Shown: positions 1 through 9,690, numbered from the stretch's first letter. The stretch: 64,000 nt of DNA from an uncultured Clostridia bacterium (GCA_934168365.1 CAKPNJ010000003.1:31055-95054); one strand, 5' to 3'. The notes: generated by a model not told the origin, from the sequence alone. Translations and numbers: made by a program.

Positions 1-47
1 TGAGCTGGTATATTGGATTCGAATATAACACAACAGACCAGACACTA

Positions 48-1028
48 ATGGCTTACTATATTACAATAATTATAGGAGCATTAATGATTTACACTATATT
101 TATATATATATTAGCAAAAAATATATCAAATAATATTGTTAATGTATCAAACTCATTAGAAGAAATACTAAAAGGTAAGAACAAAAATAAAGAAAAAATT
201 GCCATAGTTTCTAATGATGAAATTGGAGATTTATCATACTACTATAACAAAATAGCTGAACTTACAGAAGAACATGAAAAAGAATTAAAAGATAATGAAT
301 ATATTATGCAAAGACAAGCACAATTTGCTATTATAGGAGAATTTGCAGGTGGAATTGCACATGATTTAAACTCACCATTATCAGCAATACAGTCAAATGT
401 AACAACTTTAAAGAAATATTTTAATTATAACAGAGTACAAGCTGACCAAGAAGATAAGGCTGAAATTATAAATATCTTAAATAATATGGATAGTAGTATT
501 GAGAGGATGGGTAATACAATAGCAGGTGTACGAAATCAAATTAGAGCAACTGGCGACAAGGATAAAGAGGAATTTTCTCTAAAGGAACTAATAGATGGTA
601 TTGAAATATTATTTGGAAGCATTTTGAGAAAAAATAACTGTCAAATTTTAAATAAAGTTAATGAAAATTATAAAATTTTAGGCGAGAAAAATAAACTTGA
701 CAGAGTTGTAGGAAATGTTATAAAAAATAGTATAGACGCATATCAAGAAATTGGAAAAAATGGAGTAATTGAAGTTAATGCAATAAAAGAAAGTGATAAA
801 TACATCATAACAATAAAAGACGAAGCTGGAGGAGTATCTGATGAAGTAAAAGATACATTATTAAAGGAAATGAAAACGACAAAAAAAGAAAATGGAACTG
901 GTTTCGGACTTTATTATTCTAATACAATTATTGAAAGTAGTTTTAAAGGAAAAATGTATTTTGAAACTACAGAGGGTGTTGGAACGATATTTTATATAGA
1001 ACTACCAATTGATAAGGAGGAAAATTAA
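48..1028 (+). CDS. Sensor histidine kinase. One N-terminal transmembrane helix followed directly by the DHp and catalytic HATPase domains, with no obvious extracytoplasmic sensor domain.
   Basis: H-box HDLNSPL, G1-like DxxGG and G2 GTGFGL motifs. Hydrophobic N-terminus YYITIIIGALMIYTIFIYIL. The reading frame is open to the window edge, so the true start could lie upstream of base 48. Confidence 0.75.
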   Translation: MAYYITIIIGALMIYTIFIYILAKNISNNIVNVSNSLEEILKGKNKNKEKIAIVSNDEIGDLSYYYNKIAELTEEHEKELKDNEYIMQRQAQFAIIGEFAGGIAHDLNSPLSAIQSNVTTLKKYFNYNRVQADQEDKAEIINILNNMDSSIERMGNTIAGVRNQIRATGDKDKEEFSLKELIDGIEILFGSILRKNNCQILNKVNENYKILGEKNKLDRVVGNVIKNSIDAYQEIGKNGVIEVNAIKESDKYIITIKDEAGGVSDEVKDTLLKEMKTTKKENGTGFGLYYSNTIIESSFKGKMYFETTEGVGTIFYIELPIDKEEN

Positions 1029-1029
1029 A

Positions 1030-1998
1030 ATGGAAGAAAATATGTATAAAGAGGCTAGAGTTCTAGTTGTTGATGATATTGAAGAAGTGCTAAGTGCAAC
1101 AAAGAGTACTTTAAAATTTGAAGGAATGAATGTTATAACATATTCAAATCCTAAAGAAGCTTTAGAATTCCTTAAAAATAATAAGATAGATGTATTATTA
1201 CTTGACTTTTTTATGCCCGAAATGAACGGAGATAAATTTATCGAAGAATTAAGAAAATTTAATAATGAAACAGTTATAATATTAAGAACAGGATATTCTG
1301 ATAAAGTTCCACCAATGGAAATGTTGGATTCATTAAATATACAAGGATATATCGATAAATTAAAAGGTGATGATGAACTAGTATTGATGACTAAATCAGC
1401 TATAAAAACATCGTACTTATATAAAAAAATGCTTGAGCAAAAAAATGAGATCAATAAGTTACAATATAGTAATGAATTTTTAGGGAGATTTTTCGGAAAA
1501 ATTTTAGGACAAATAAGAGAAGAATCAATGGTAATTGGTCCATTATCAAATATTTTGGCAAGTACTGAAGGTGTTACTGAAGAAGAAAGAAAAAGATTTG
1601 CTGAAGATATAAATTTAGCAATAGAAAAATTAGTAGAAATGACTAAAACTATGGAGTTTGATAACTTAGGAGAAGTTTCAATAAGTAAATTAGATGAAAC
1701 GTTAAATAATCTTTTAGACATAGAATTAAAAATGAAATATGCTAAAATCAATTTAGAATATAATGAAGATATAATTTTAAAATGTGACTCAAAGATATTG
1801 ATTTATATGCTTGTAGAAATAATAGAAGTTATACTTGAAAACGAAAAAGTAATAAATATCAATATAGATAATTCTACAATAACAATTGAAAATGAAATTA
1901 ACAATGAAGAGTTAATAAATAAATTAAGAAGAATAGCAGAATTTGACAGTAATTTTACAATAAAAACTATAGATAGCAAAATTAGTATAGAAATTTAA
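1030..1998 (+). CDS. Response regulator. N-terminal CheY-like receiver plus a ~200-aa C-terminal domain with no recognisable DNA-binding fold. The C-terminal domain may be a degenerate kinase-like domain.
   Basis: Receiver motifs VLVVDD and LLLDFFMPEMNG. GGAGG at 1013-1019 and ATG at 1030, one base after the kinase stop, so the two genes are translationally coupled. The ORF track begins at an earlier in-frame ATG (1009), which I judge less likely. Confidence 0.7.
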   Translation: MEENMYKEARVLVVDDIEEVLSATKSTLKFEGMNVITYSNPKEALEFLKNNKIDVLLLDFFMPEMNGDKFIEELRKFNNETVIILRTGYSDKVPPMEMLDSLNIQGYIDKLKGDDELVLMTKSAIKTSYLYKKMLEQKNEINKLQYSNEFLGRFFGKILGQIREESMVIGPLSNILASTEGVTEEERKRFAEDINLAIEKLVEMTKTMEFDNLGEVSISKLDETLNNLLDIELKMKYAKINLEYNEDIILKCDSKILIYMLVEIIEVILENEKVININIDNSTITIENEINNEELINKLRRIAEFDSNFTIKTIDSKISIEI

Positions 1999-2010
1999 AA
2001 ATGAATAAGA

Positions 2011-2102
2011 AAAAGGTGACTTTTGGGATGGGGTCAAAAGTCACCTTTTTTGTTTTTATAAAATTTGGGTGCTTTTTGACCCCGTCCCAAAAGTCACCTT
2101 TA
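2011..2102. repeat. ~90-bp palindromic intergenic repeat (copy 1). Perfect hairpin ggtgacttttgggatggggtcaaaagtcacc plus T-run, followed by the inverted partner gaccccgtcccaaaagtcacc. Acts as a bidirectional terminator between convergent genes.
   Basis: Read directly from the sequence. A second copy lies at 50546-50634. Confidence 0.7.
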
Positions 2103-2540
2103 TAAATATTTTTTTAGTGTTTCTACACTGTCTTCTTGCATAACTACAAAGTCATTTAATATGTTTTTTACATCTGCAGCAGCATTTTCATTTTGATTAA
2201 GTAAACGTCTTCCTTCAATAATTCCCATATTAGTACCTTGCATTAAGAGTTCAGAAAGCTTTGATGTGCTATCATCATTCATAGTTTTCATTTGAATTCC
2301 ATACCATGTCATCATTTTTGTCATTGCATTAGTTTCATGAGGTTCTTTGCTACTGTAATTTGCATATAAGTCATTAACTCTGTTAGAGATGTCCTTGTAT
2401 TTGTTATATTCTGTATCTAAAACATTTTTAAATTTACTATCTGTAACTTTTTCAGAAACATACGAAATAGCGTTCATACCCATAGTTGCACCTTTATTAA
2501 CTTCATCTAAAATATTTAAATTTTGATTTCCCATTTTCAA
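2100..2540 (-). CDS. Hypothetical 146-aa protein, predicted to be helical. Function unknown.
   Basis: ORF with upstream RBS-like AGGAGG (reverse complement of ~2548-2553). No motif that I recognise. Confidence 0.5.
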   Translation of the reverse strand: MKMGNQNLNILDEVNKGATMGMNAISYVSEKVTDSKFKNVLDTEYNKYKDISNRVNDLYANYSSKEPHETNAMTKMMTWYGIQMKTMNDDSTSKLSELLMQGTNMGIIEGRRLLNQNENAAADVKNILNDFVVMQEDSVETLKKYL

Positions 2541-2652
2541 ATTCCTCCTAAATATATAATTGACTAAATATATAAAAAATATTCAAAAATATTGAGAAAT
2601 GAGTGTAAATATGTTAAAATATATTTGTTGAAATAATGGAGGGACAAATTAT

Positions 2653-3171
2653 ATGGCAAAAGTTGAAAAAGAAAAAATAAATAAAAAAATGAAAGATGAG
2701 ATGAAAAAAGCTCAAAAAGATGCAAAAAAAGAAATGAGTGAGTTTAAAAAATTTATTTCAAAAGGTAATGTTGTTGATATGGCTGTCGGCGTTATTATTG
2801 GTGGAGCTTTTGGAAAAATAGTTACAAGTTTAGTAAATGATATAATTACACCTGCAATAGGAATAATAATTGGAGGTTTAGATTTTAGCAACTTAAGCAT
2901 ACAAATAGGTGAAGCTAAAATTATGTATGGAAATTTTATACAGACAGTTATAGACTTCTTGATTATAGCTATTTGCATATTCTCAGTAATAAGAATATTT
3001 GAGAGAGTAAAAAATAGAAACAAAAAAGAAGAACCAGCTCCAGAAGCTCCTAAAAAGAGTGATGAAGTGTTGCTATTAGAAGAAATTAGAGATTTGATGA
3101 AAAAGAATGTAAATGAAACTGATGAAATAGAAGGACAAGAAAAAATAGAAGAACCAATAACAAAAGGATAA
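2653..3171 (+). CDS. mscL: Large-conductance mechanosensitive channel MscL, with an unusual ~28-aa Lys/Glu-rich N-terminal extension if the first ATG is used.
   Basis: Core [30 protein letters not shown] is the MscL signature. Strong GGAGGG RBS at 2640-2645 supports ATG 2653. A canonical-length MscL would instead start at Met29 (about 2737), which has no good RBS. Confidence 0.8.
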   Translation: MAKVEKEKINKKMKDEMKKAQKDAKKEMSEFKKFISKGNVVDMAVGVIIGGAFGKIVTSLVNDIITPAIGIIIGGLDFSNLSIQIGEAKIMYGNFIQTVIDFLIIAICIFSVIRIFERVKNRNKKEEPAPEAPKKSDEVLLLEEIRDLMKKNVNETDEIEGQEKIEEPITKG

Positions 3172-3175
3172 TGTA

Positions 3176-3204
3176 TTGACATTTGTTAAAACTAAGACTA
3201 TAAT
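3176..3204 (+). promoter_or_regulatory. Consensus sigma-A promoter: TTGACA, 17-bp spacer, TATAAT.
   Basis: ttgaca (3176-3181), 17-bp spacer, tataat (3199-3204). Immediately upstream of the small ORF at 3233. Confidence 0.6.
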
Positions 3205-3232
3205 AGTAATATAGTGATAAAAGGAGAAAGTT

Positions 3233-3394
3233 ATGTTAGCTAAAACATGGAAAAAAATATTATTATTTGTTTTAATAATAGCATGTCTATTTAATATAGT
3301 AAATAAACTTGTTCATAAAGCGTCTATGAAGCAAGAAATAGAAGCTTCAGCAGAATATGTTGAACAACAGCAAAAGGCAAATGAACAAAAATAA
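3233..3394 (+). CDS. Small 53-aa membrane protein (MLAKTWKKILLFVLIIACLFNIVNK...). Below the ORF-track length cutoff.
   Basis: AAGGAGAAAG RBS 7 nt upstream of the ATG. Perfect promoter just upstream. One hydrophobic helix followed by a polar tail. Confidence 0.5.
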   Translation: MLAKTWKKILLFVLIIACLFNIVNKLVHKASMKQEIEASAEYVEQQQKANEQK

Positions 3395-3478
3395 TAATAA
3401 AAACTTGAAAAAAAATTTAAACTGTGTTACAATAAATAACAGTTTGTTAATAGATATTAAGGGAGAGGTGAATACAAA

Positions 3479-3679
3479 ATGAAAGAAGGAATACATCCAA
3501 ATTATACAGAAGCAACAATTACATGTGCTTGTGGAAATGTAATGAAAACAAATTCAACAAAAGCAGATATGAAAGTTGATGTTTGTTCAAAATGTCATCC
3601 ATTCTGGACAGGTAACTTAAAAAGAGAGACAACTGGTGGTAGAGCAGATAAGTTCAAGAAAAAATATGGAATTCAATAG
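3479..3679 (+). CDS. rpmE: 50S ribosomal protein L31, zinc-ribbon type.
   Basis: MKEGIHPNY start, CxCG...CxxCHPF zinc ribbon. RBS GGGAGAGGTG. Confidence 0.95.
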   Translation: MKEGIHPNYTEATITCACGNVMKTNSTKADMKVDVCSKCHPFWTGNLKRETTGGRADKFKKKYGIQ

Positions 3680-3686
3680 AAACATA

Positions 3687-3726
3687 AAAAGTGTTGTAAA
3701 TGTAAATTTACAGCACTTTTATTTTG
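3687..3726 (+). terminator. Rho-independent terminator after rpmE.
   Basis: Hairpin aaaagtgttgtaaa / tttacagcactttt followed by a T-run. Confidence 0.6.
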
Positions 3727-3800
3727 CGTAGCACTTGAAAAAAATGCTCGATTATTGTAGAATATATTAGATTTATAAAGAAAATATCGGAGGAAAGATT

Positions 3801-5213
3801 GTGGCAAAAATAGAAGTAAATAAACAATTAGAAGATATAAAAAAAGTAGCTTCATTAAATGAAGGAAAAAACTTAAAATATTGCATTTTGACAATGGGAT
3901 GTCAGTTAAATGAGAATGATTCAGAAAAGCTTTGTGGAATGATGGAAAGCATGAATTATACTAAAACCGACAAATTATCTGACGCTGATTTGATTGTGTT
4001 TAATACTTGCTGTGTTCGTGAAAATGCAGAGGATAAGCTATTTGGTAAATTAGGCGAAGTAAAAAAATATAAAGAAGCCAAAGGCACTATAATAGCAATT
4101 GGTGGATGTATGATGCAAGAAAAACATATTGTAGATAAATTAAAACAAAGCTATCCATTTTTTGATATTCTATTTGGTACACACACACTTCAAGAATTTC
4201 CAACAGATTTATACAATGTGTTATGCAACAAAAAAAGAATAGAAGATGTATTAGATATAGATGGAGATGTAATTGAAGGCTTACCAATATCAAGAGAAGA
4301 TAAAATAAAAGCATCGGTAACAATTATGAACGGATGTAACAACTTCTGTAGCTATTGCATAGTACCTTACGTTAGAGGAAGAGAAAGAAGTAGAGAACCA
4401 AGAGATATTATAAACGAAGTAAAAAAATTAGCAGAACAAGGTTACAAAGAAATTACTCTTTTAGGTCAAAATGTTAATTCATATTTAAGAAATGAAAAAG
4501 AAAAAGGTATTGAATTTGAACAATATGAAGGAGTTAACTCATTTGCAACTTTACTAAGAGCTATAAACAAAATAGATGGAATAGAAAGAATTCGTTTTGT
4601 GTCTCCACATCCAAAGGATTTTACAGATGACGTTATAGAAGCAATTAGAGATTGTGAAAAAGTATGTAAATTAGTTCATTTACCACTTCAATCAGGAAGT
4701 AGTGGAATTTTAAAAGTAATGAATAGAAAATACACTAAAGACCAATACTTAAGTTTAGTAGAGAAAATGAAAAATCAAATTCCAAATCTTACTCTTTCTA
4801 CAGATATTATAGTAGGATTTCCAGGTGAGACAGAAGAAGACTTTGAAGCTACTTTAGATGTTGTTTCAAAAGTAAACTTTGAGCAGGTATATATGTTTAT
4901 TTATTCTAGAAGAGTTGGAACTCCGGGCGATAAGATGGAAAATCAAATTCCAGAAGACATTAAACATAAAAGATTTGACAGATTAAAACAATTAGTAGAA
5001 AGTCAAATTTCAGAAAGAAATAAGGAGTATGTGGGAACTGTTCAAAAAATTCTCGTAGAAGGAAGAAGCAAAACAAATGACAATATGCTTACAGGAAGAT
5101 CTGACTCAAATAAAGTAGTAATACTAGAAGGTTGTGATGAGCTGGTAGGCAAAATGGTTGAAATAAAGATAGTTTCAGAACATATGTGGTATTTGAAAGG
5201 GGAAATAGTATAA
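3801..5213 (+). CDS. miaB: tRNA-i6A37 methylthiotransferase, MiaB family. Radical-SAM enzyme with N-terminal MTTase domain and C-terminal TRAM domain.
   Basis: CQLNENDSE, NTCCVRE, radical-SAM CNNFCSYC and a TRAM-like C-terminus. GTG start at 3801 with GGAGGAAAG RBS. Lies upstream of mutS as in other Firmicutes. I cannot exclude the RimO or MtaB subfamilies from sequence alone. Confidence 0.8.
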   Translation: MAKIEVNKQLEDIKKVASLNEGKNLKYCILTMGCQLNENDSEKLCGMMESMNYTKTDKLSDADLIVFNTCCVRENAEDKLFGKLGEVKKYKEAKGTIIAIGGCMMQEKHIVDKLKQSYPFFDILFGTHTLQEFPTDLYNVLCNKKRIEDVLDIDGDVIEGLPISREDKIKASVTIMNGCNNFCSYCIVPYVRGRERSREPRDIINEVKKLAEQGYKEITLLGQNVNSYLRNEKEKGIEFEQYEGVNSFATLLRAINKIDGIERIRFVSPHPKDFTDDVIEAIRDCEKVCKLVHLPLQSGSSGILKVMNRKYTKDQYLSLVEKMKNQIPNLTLSTDIIVGFPGETEEDFEATLDVVSKVNFEQVYMFIYSRRVGTPGDKMENQIPEDIKHKRFDRLKQLVESQISERNKEYVGTVQKILVEGRSKTNDNMLTGRSDSNKVVILEGCDELVGKMVEIKIVSEHMWYLKGEIV

Positions 5214-5214
5214 A

Positions 5215-5949
5215 ATGAAAGAGATAAAAGATAGTGAATTCGAACAATTGATGTTAGAAGTTATAGAAGGTAAAAAGTCTAGAGTTAAGCTTGCAGAAGA
5301 ATTACAAACAGACTGGAGAAATTTAAATAAAAAAATTCAATTATTATCAATGACTAACCCAGAATTATACAAGAAATTTGTTGAAAAATATCCATATAAG
5401 CCAAAAGAAATAACAGCAATACCATTAAAGACAATGCTAGTAGAATTTTTAAAAACAGGAATAAGAATGCAAGATTTGGCTGATAAATATGGAATAGGTG
5501 AAAGGACTTTACGAAGAAAAATAGATGCATTAAAAAAATCAGATGATCCTAAAGACAGAGAGTTACATGATATTTGTAAACAAACAGCTTATAACCGAGC
5601 TCATGGAAAAAAGATGCATTTTGAGCTTCAAAGAAAGATTGATGAATTAGAAATACAAGAAGAAGAAATAAAACAAGATGACAAAGAAAAAAGAAGACAA
5701 CAATTACTTCAAATAGAGAAAAATTATAACGAATTGTGTAGAATAATGTCAAAGGAAAAAGCAGCAGAGGCGATGGGATATACATACAATAGAGTATATA
5801 AATTGCTAGACGAACTCTATTGCATGGAAATTCAAAATAATGCAATTAAAGGTTTTAAGGAAGGTATAAAAGTAAATCCAAAAGAGACAAATCAAGTTTT
5901 AGATGAACAAATAACAAAGCCAACAACTGAAACAGAAAAGGAGAAATAA
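5215..5949 (+). CDS. Hypothetical 244-aa charged, coiled-coil-rich protein with a possible helix-turn-helix (GIGERTLRRKIDALKK). Sits between miaB and mutS.
   Basis: ORF coupled to the miaB stop (start 2 nt after it). No family that I recognise. Confidence 0.5.
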   Translation: MKEIKDSEFEQLMLEVIEGKKSRVKLAEELQTDWRNLNKKIQLLSMTNPELYKKFVEKYPYKPKEITAIPLKTMLVEFLKTGIRMQDLADKYGIGERTLRRKIDALKKSDDPKDRELHDICKQTAYNRAHGKKMHFELQRKIDELEIQEEEIKQDDKEKRRQQLLQIEKNYNELCRIMSKEKAAEAMGYTYNRVYKLLDELYCMEIQNNAIKGFKEGIKVNPKETNQVLDEQITKPTTETEKEK

Positions 5950-5951
5950 AC

Positions 5952-8564
5952 ATGGCAGAATATTCACCTATGATGCAACATTATTTACAAACAAAAGAAG
6001 AATATAAAGATTGCATTTTATTTTATCGTTTGGGCGATTTTTATGAAATGTTTTTTGATGATGCAATTACAGCTTCAAGAGAATTAGAGCTAACACTGAC
6101 TGGCAAAGACTGTGGACAAGCTGAGAGAGCTCCAATGTGTGGAATACCATATCATGCTGCAGAAACATATATTGCAAGATTAATTGAAAAAGGATACAAA
6201 GTTGCAATCTGTGAGCAACTTGAAGATCCAAAACAAGCTAAAGGAATTGTAAAAAGAGATGTTATAAGAGTCGTAACACCTGGTACTGTAATGGAAAGTA
6301 ATCTTCTGGAAGAAAAGAAAAATAACTATATAATGTCAATATATAAAAATGGAATTTATTATGGAGTAGCAGTTTGTGATTTGACAACAGCAGATTTTAA
6401 AACCACACAAATTAAAGACCAAAATAATTTTATCACCTTAATGGATGAAATTTCAAGATTTTCACCAGCTGAAATTGTTGTGAATACTATGATGTATGAA
6501 TCAGCTCAAGAAATTAGTAAAATACGTGAAAGATTTAATATATACATATCAAAACTAGATGATGAAAAATTTAATACAGATTATAATGAATTTAAAATTA
6601 AATATGATATATTAAATGAAAATGAGCAAGAGGTTGAAGATATATCTGATAGTGTATTGTGTGTTGCAGCAAGTAATGGATTATTAAATTATTTGAAAGA
6701 TACTCAAAAAAGCAACTTAGACTATATTCATAAAATTGTGTTATATTATACAACACATTATATGAATTTAGATATAAATGCAAGAAGAAACTTAGAAATA
6801 ACAGAAAAGTTAAGAGATAAAAGCAAAAAGGGAACTTTACTTTGGGTTCTTGATAAAACTTCAACATCAATGGGAGGAAGATTATTAAGAAGATGGCTTA
6901 ATGATCCTTTAATAGATGTATGCAAGATAAATGAAAGACTAGAAGCTGTTAAAGAATTGAAAGAAGATATAATTTTAAGAGGAGATGTTATTGACAGCTT
7001 AAAAAAAGTGTATGATATTGAAAGATTAGCAGGAAAAATATCTTATGGTAGTGCAAATGCAAGAGATTTACTTTCATTAAAAAACTCTGCTAAACAATTA
7101 CCTGATGTAAAGAAAACACTTTCACAAACAAAATCTCCATTATTAACTCAATTATATGATAATTTAGATACCTTAGAAGACGTTTACCAAATGATTGAAG
7201 ATTCAATTATTGACGATCCACCTATAAGCGTAAAAGAAGGTGGAATAATAAAATTAGGATATGATGAAGAGATAGATCACCTAAAAAAAGCAACAACAGA
7301 AGGTAAAAGTTGGGTTCTAGAAATAGAAGCAAAAGAAAGAGAAACAACAGGAATAAAAGGATTGAAGGTTGGATTTAATAAAGTATTTGGATATTTTATT
7401 GAAGTAACAAAATCTAATTTATCAATGGTTCCAGATAGATTTATTCGTAAACAAACTTTAGCAAACTGTGAAAGATATATAACCGAAGAATTAAAAAAAG
7501 TTGAAAATGAAATTTTAGGTGCAGAAGAAAAAGTTGTAAATTTAGAATACAATGCCTTTTGTGAAATAAGAGAAAAAATAGAAAAGCAAATATTAAGAGT
7601 TCAAAAATCAGCAAGTATCATAGCTACATTAGATGTTCTAACATCTTTAGCAACAGTGGCAGATGACATGAACTATGTAATGCCAATAGTTGATAATAGT
7701 GGAATGATAGATATTAAAGATGGACGTCACCCTGTTATTGAAAAGATATTGCCAGGTGGAAGCTTTGTTGAGAACGATACATATTTAGACAAAAATGATA
7801 ATCGCCTAGCAATTATTACAGGTCCTAACATGGCAGGTAAATCTACATATATGAGACAAGTTGCATTGATAACACTTATGGCACAAGTTGGAAGTTTTGT
7901 ACCAGCATCTTATGCAAAAATTGGCGTAGTTGATAAAATATTTACCAGAGTTGGAGCATCGGACGATTTAAGTATGGGACAAAGTACTTTCATGGTTGAG
8001 ATGATGGAAGTTGCAGCTATATTAAAAGAAGCTACATCAAATAGTTTAGTTATTTTAGATGAAATAGGCAGAGGAACATCTACTTATGATGGACTTTCAA
8101 TTGCATGGGCAGTAGCTGAATATATTTCAGATAAAGAAAAATGTGGAGCTAAAACTCTATTTGCAACACATTATCATGAGCTAACATCACTAGAAGAAAA
8201 ACTAGAAGGAGTTAAAAATTATTCTGTTGCTGTAAAAGAAAAGGGAGAAGATGTCATTTTCTTAAGAAAAATTGTATCAGGTGGAACTGATGAAAGTTAT
8301 GGCGTACATGTTGCAAAGCTTGCAGGAGTGCCACAAATTGTAACAAAACGTGCCAATGAAATTTTAAAAACTTTAGAAAGAAAAAGTGTACTCGGAGAAA
8401 AGGCACAAGAAAAAGAAAATAAAAAAGTCGCAACAGGGCAATTAGATTTATATAATTATAAATTGGCTGAGATAGCACACGAATTGGATAAAGTGGATTT
8501 AAATGAATTAACACCAATAGAAGCATTGAATACTTTGGTTAATATGAAGGAAAAAATGAAATAG
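5952..8564 (+). CDS. mutS: DNA mismatch repair protein MutS.
   Basis: Walker A GPNMAGKSTYMRQVALI and DEIGRGTSTYDG. 870 aa. Confidence 0.95.
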   Translation: MAEYSPMMQHYLQTKEEYKDCILFYRLGDFYEMFFDDAITASRELELTLTGKDCGQAERAPMCGIPYHAAETYIARLIEKGYKVAICEQLEDPKQAKGIVKRDVIRVVTPGTVMESNLLEEKKNNYIMSIYKNGIYYGVAVCDLTTADFKTTQIKDQNNFITLMDEISRFSPAEIVVNTMMYESAQEISKIRERFNIYISKLDDEKFNTDYNEFKIKYDILNENEQEVEDISDSVLCVAASNGLLNYLKDTQKSNLDYIHKIVLYYTTHYMNLDINARRNLEITEKLRDKSKKGTLLWVLDKTSTSMGGRLLRRWLNDPLIDVCKINERLEAVKELKEDIILRGDVIDSLKKVYDIERLAGKISYGSANARDLLSLKNSAKQLPDVKKTLSQTKSPLLTQLYDNLDTLEDVYQMIEDSIIDDPPISVKEGGIIKLGYDEEIDHLKKATTEGKSWVLEIEAKERETTGIKGLKVGFNKVFGYFIEVTKSNLSMVPDRFIRKQTLANCERYITEELKKVENEILGAEEKVVNLEYNAFCEIREKIEKQILRVQKSASIIATLDVLTSLATVADDMNYVMPIVDNSGMIDIKDGRHPVIEKILPGGSFVENDTYLDKNDNRLAIITGPNMAGKSTYMRQVALITLMAQVGSFVPASYAKIGVVDKIFTRVGASDDLSMGQSTFMVEMMEVAAILKEATSNSLVILDEIGRGTSTYDGLSIAWAVAEYISDKEKCGAKTLFATHYHELTSLEEKLEGVKNYSVAVKEKGEDVIFLRKIVSGGTDESYGVHVAKLAGVPQIVTKRANEILKTLERKSVLGEKAQEKENKKVATGQLDLYNYKLAEIAHELDKVDLNELTPIEALNTLVNMKEKMK

Positions 8565-8574
8565 GGAGTAACAA

Positions 8575-9690
8575 ATGAAAGAAAAATCAAATAAGCAATT
8601 TATGATTTTATCTGCAATAGGCATAATACAAGTGGTTATGTGCCATTTAGCACCAGACGTAAAATTAACTGGATACATATTTCCATATACTTCGTTTTTT
8701 ATGCCTATGTTTGTGTTTATATCAGGATATTTTTATTCGGTAAAAAAGGAAGAACATATATTTAAAACTATATGGGAAAAATTTAAGAAAATAATGTTAC
8801 CATTTTTGATTATAAATTTATGTTATGGAATAATAAATACAATATTAAGAAATGCAGGAATTATAAATTATGGAAGAGATATTAGCTTATACACATTATT
8901 TATACAACCATTTATAAATAATAGTCAATTTATTTTTAATTTCCCATCATGGTTTATACCAGCATTTTTCACAACATATATCGTTTACTTGCTAATACAT
9001 AAACTAACATCGAAAATAAAGCTAAATGAATATATCTTGTTGCTAATACTATTAGTTGGAAATATGATAGCAGTGTATAATCAGGAAATTGCTAGATTAG
9101 AAGATATAAGGTCTTTATTATTAAGAATACTATTCTTCTTGCCATTTTTTCAAATGGGTTATTTGTATAAAACAACTTGGCAAAAATATGAAGAAAGAGT
9201 GAAAACTTGGATTTGCATACCTATAGTGATAATAATAAATATTATTTTAATATCAATTTTTAAAGATATTGAATATGATTTACATGAATTTTCAGGATTT
9301 ATACAAAATGCATATTATTTGCCAATATTAACATTTGTAACAGGAACTTTGTTCTGGCTTAGAATTTCTAAAATTCTTGAAAAATGGATAGGAAATAATA
9401 AATTAGTAAATTACATTAGTAATAATACATTTTCAATAATGTCACATCATTTATTTTATATATTTATACTTAACTTTGTACTATATTTAATAAATGTTCC
9501 ATATTTTGATTTACCGAATTTTCAAAATGGATGGATATATAGATACCAAATACTAGGTTGGGAGATTCCATTACAAATTGGATATTTACTACTCGGAGTA
9601 CTCGGACCAATTGGAATGAAATATTTATATGATAAGATTAACATAAAACTTTACAAAAATAAAGAAAAGGTGTATAATGATAAGAACTAG
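8575..9690 (+). CDS. Integral membrane acyltransferase, acyltransferase-3 / OatA-like family.
   Basis: About 10 predicted transmembrane segments. N-terminal ILSAIGIIQVVMCHL...FFMPMFVFISGYF is typical of acyltransferase family 3. Confidence 0.55.
   Translation: MKEKSNKQFMILSAIGIIQVVMCHLAPDVKLTGYIFPYTSFFMPMFVFISGYFYSVKKEEHIFKTIWEKFKKIMLPFLIINLCYGIINTILRNAGIINYGRDISLYTLFIQPFINNSQFIFNFPSWFIPAFFTTYIVYLLIHKLTSKIKLNEYILLLILLVGNMIAVYNQEIARLEDIRSLLLRILFFLPFFQMGYLYKTTWQKYEERVKTWICIPIVIIINIILISIFKDIEYDLHEFSGFIQNAYYLPILTFVTGTLFWLRISKILEKWIGNNKLVNYISNNTFSIMSHHLFYIFILNFVLYLINVPYFDLPNFQNGWIYRYQILGWEIPLQIGYLLLGVLGPIGMKYLYDKINIKLYKNKEKVYNDKN

Noticed and set aside
1002-1751. 249-aa minus-strand ORF
   Set aside because: Antisense to the response-regulator gene, which has clear receiver motifs. 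A low-complexity product typical of AT-rich shadow ORFs. The same reasoning applies to 2712..3182 (-), 3673..3894 (-), 4087..4323 (-), 5549..5845 (-), 34945..35214 (+), 39914..40240 (+), 57855..58373 (+) and the other short ORFs nested in opposite-strand genes.
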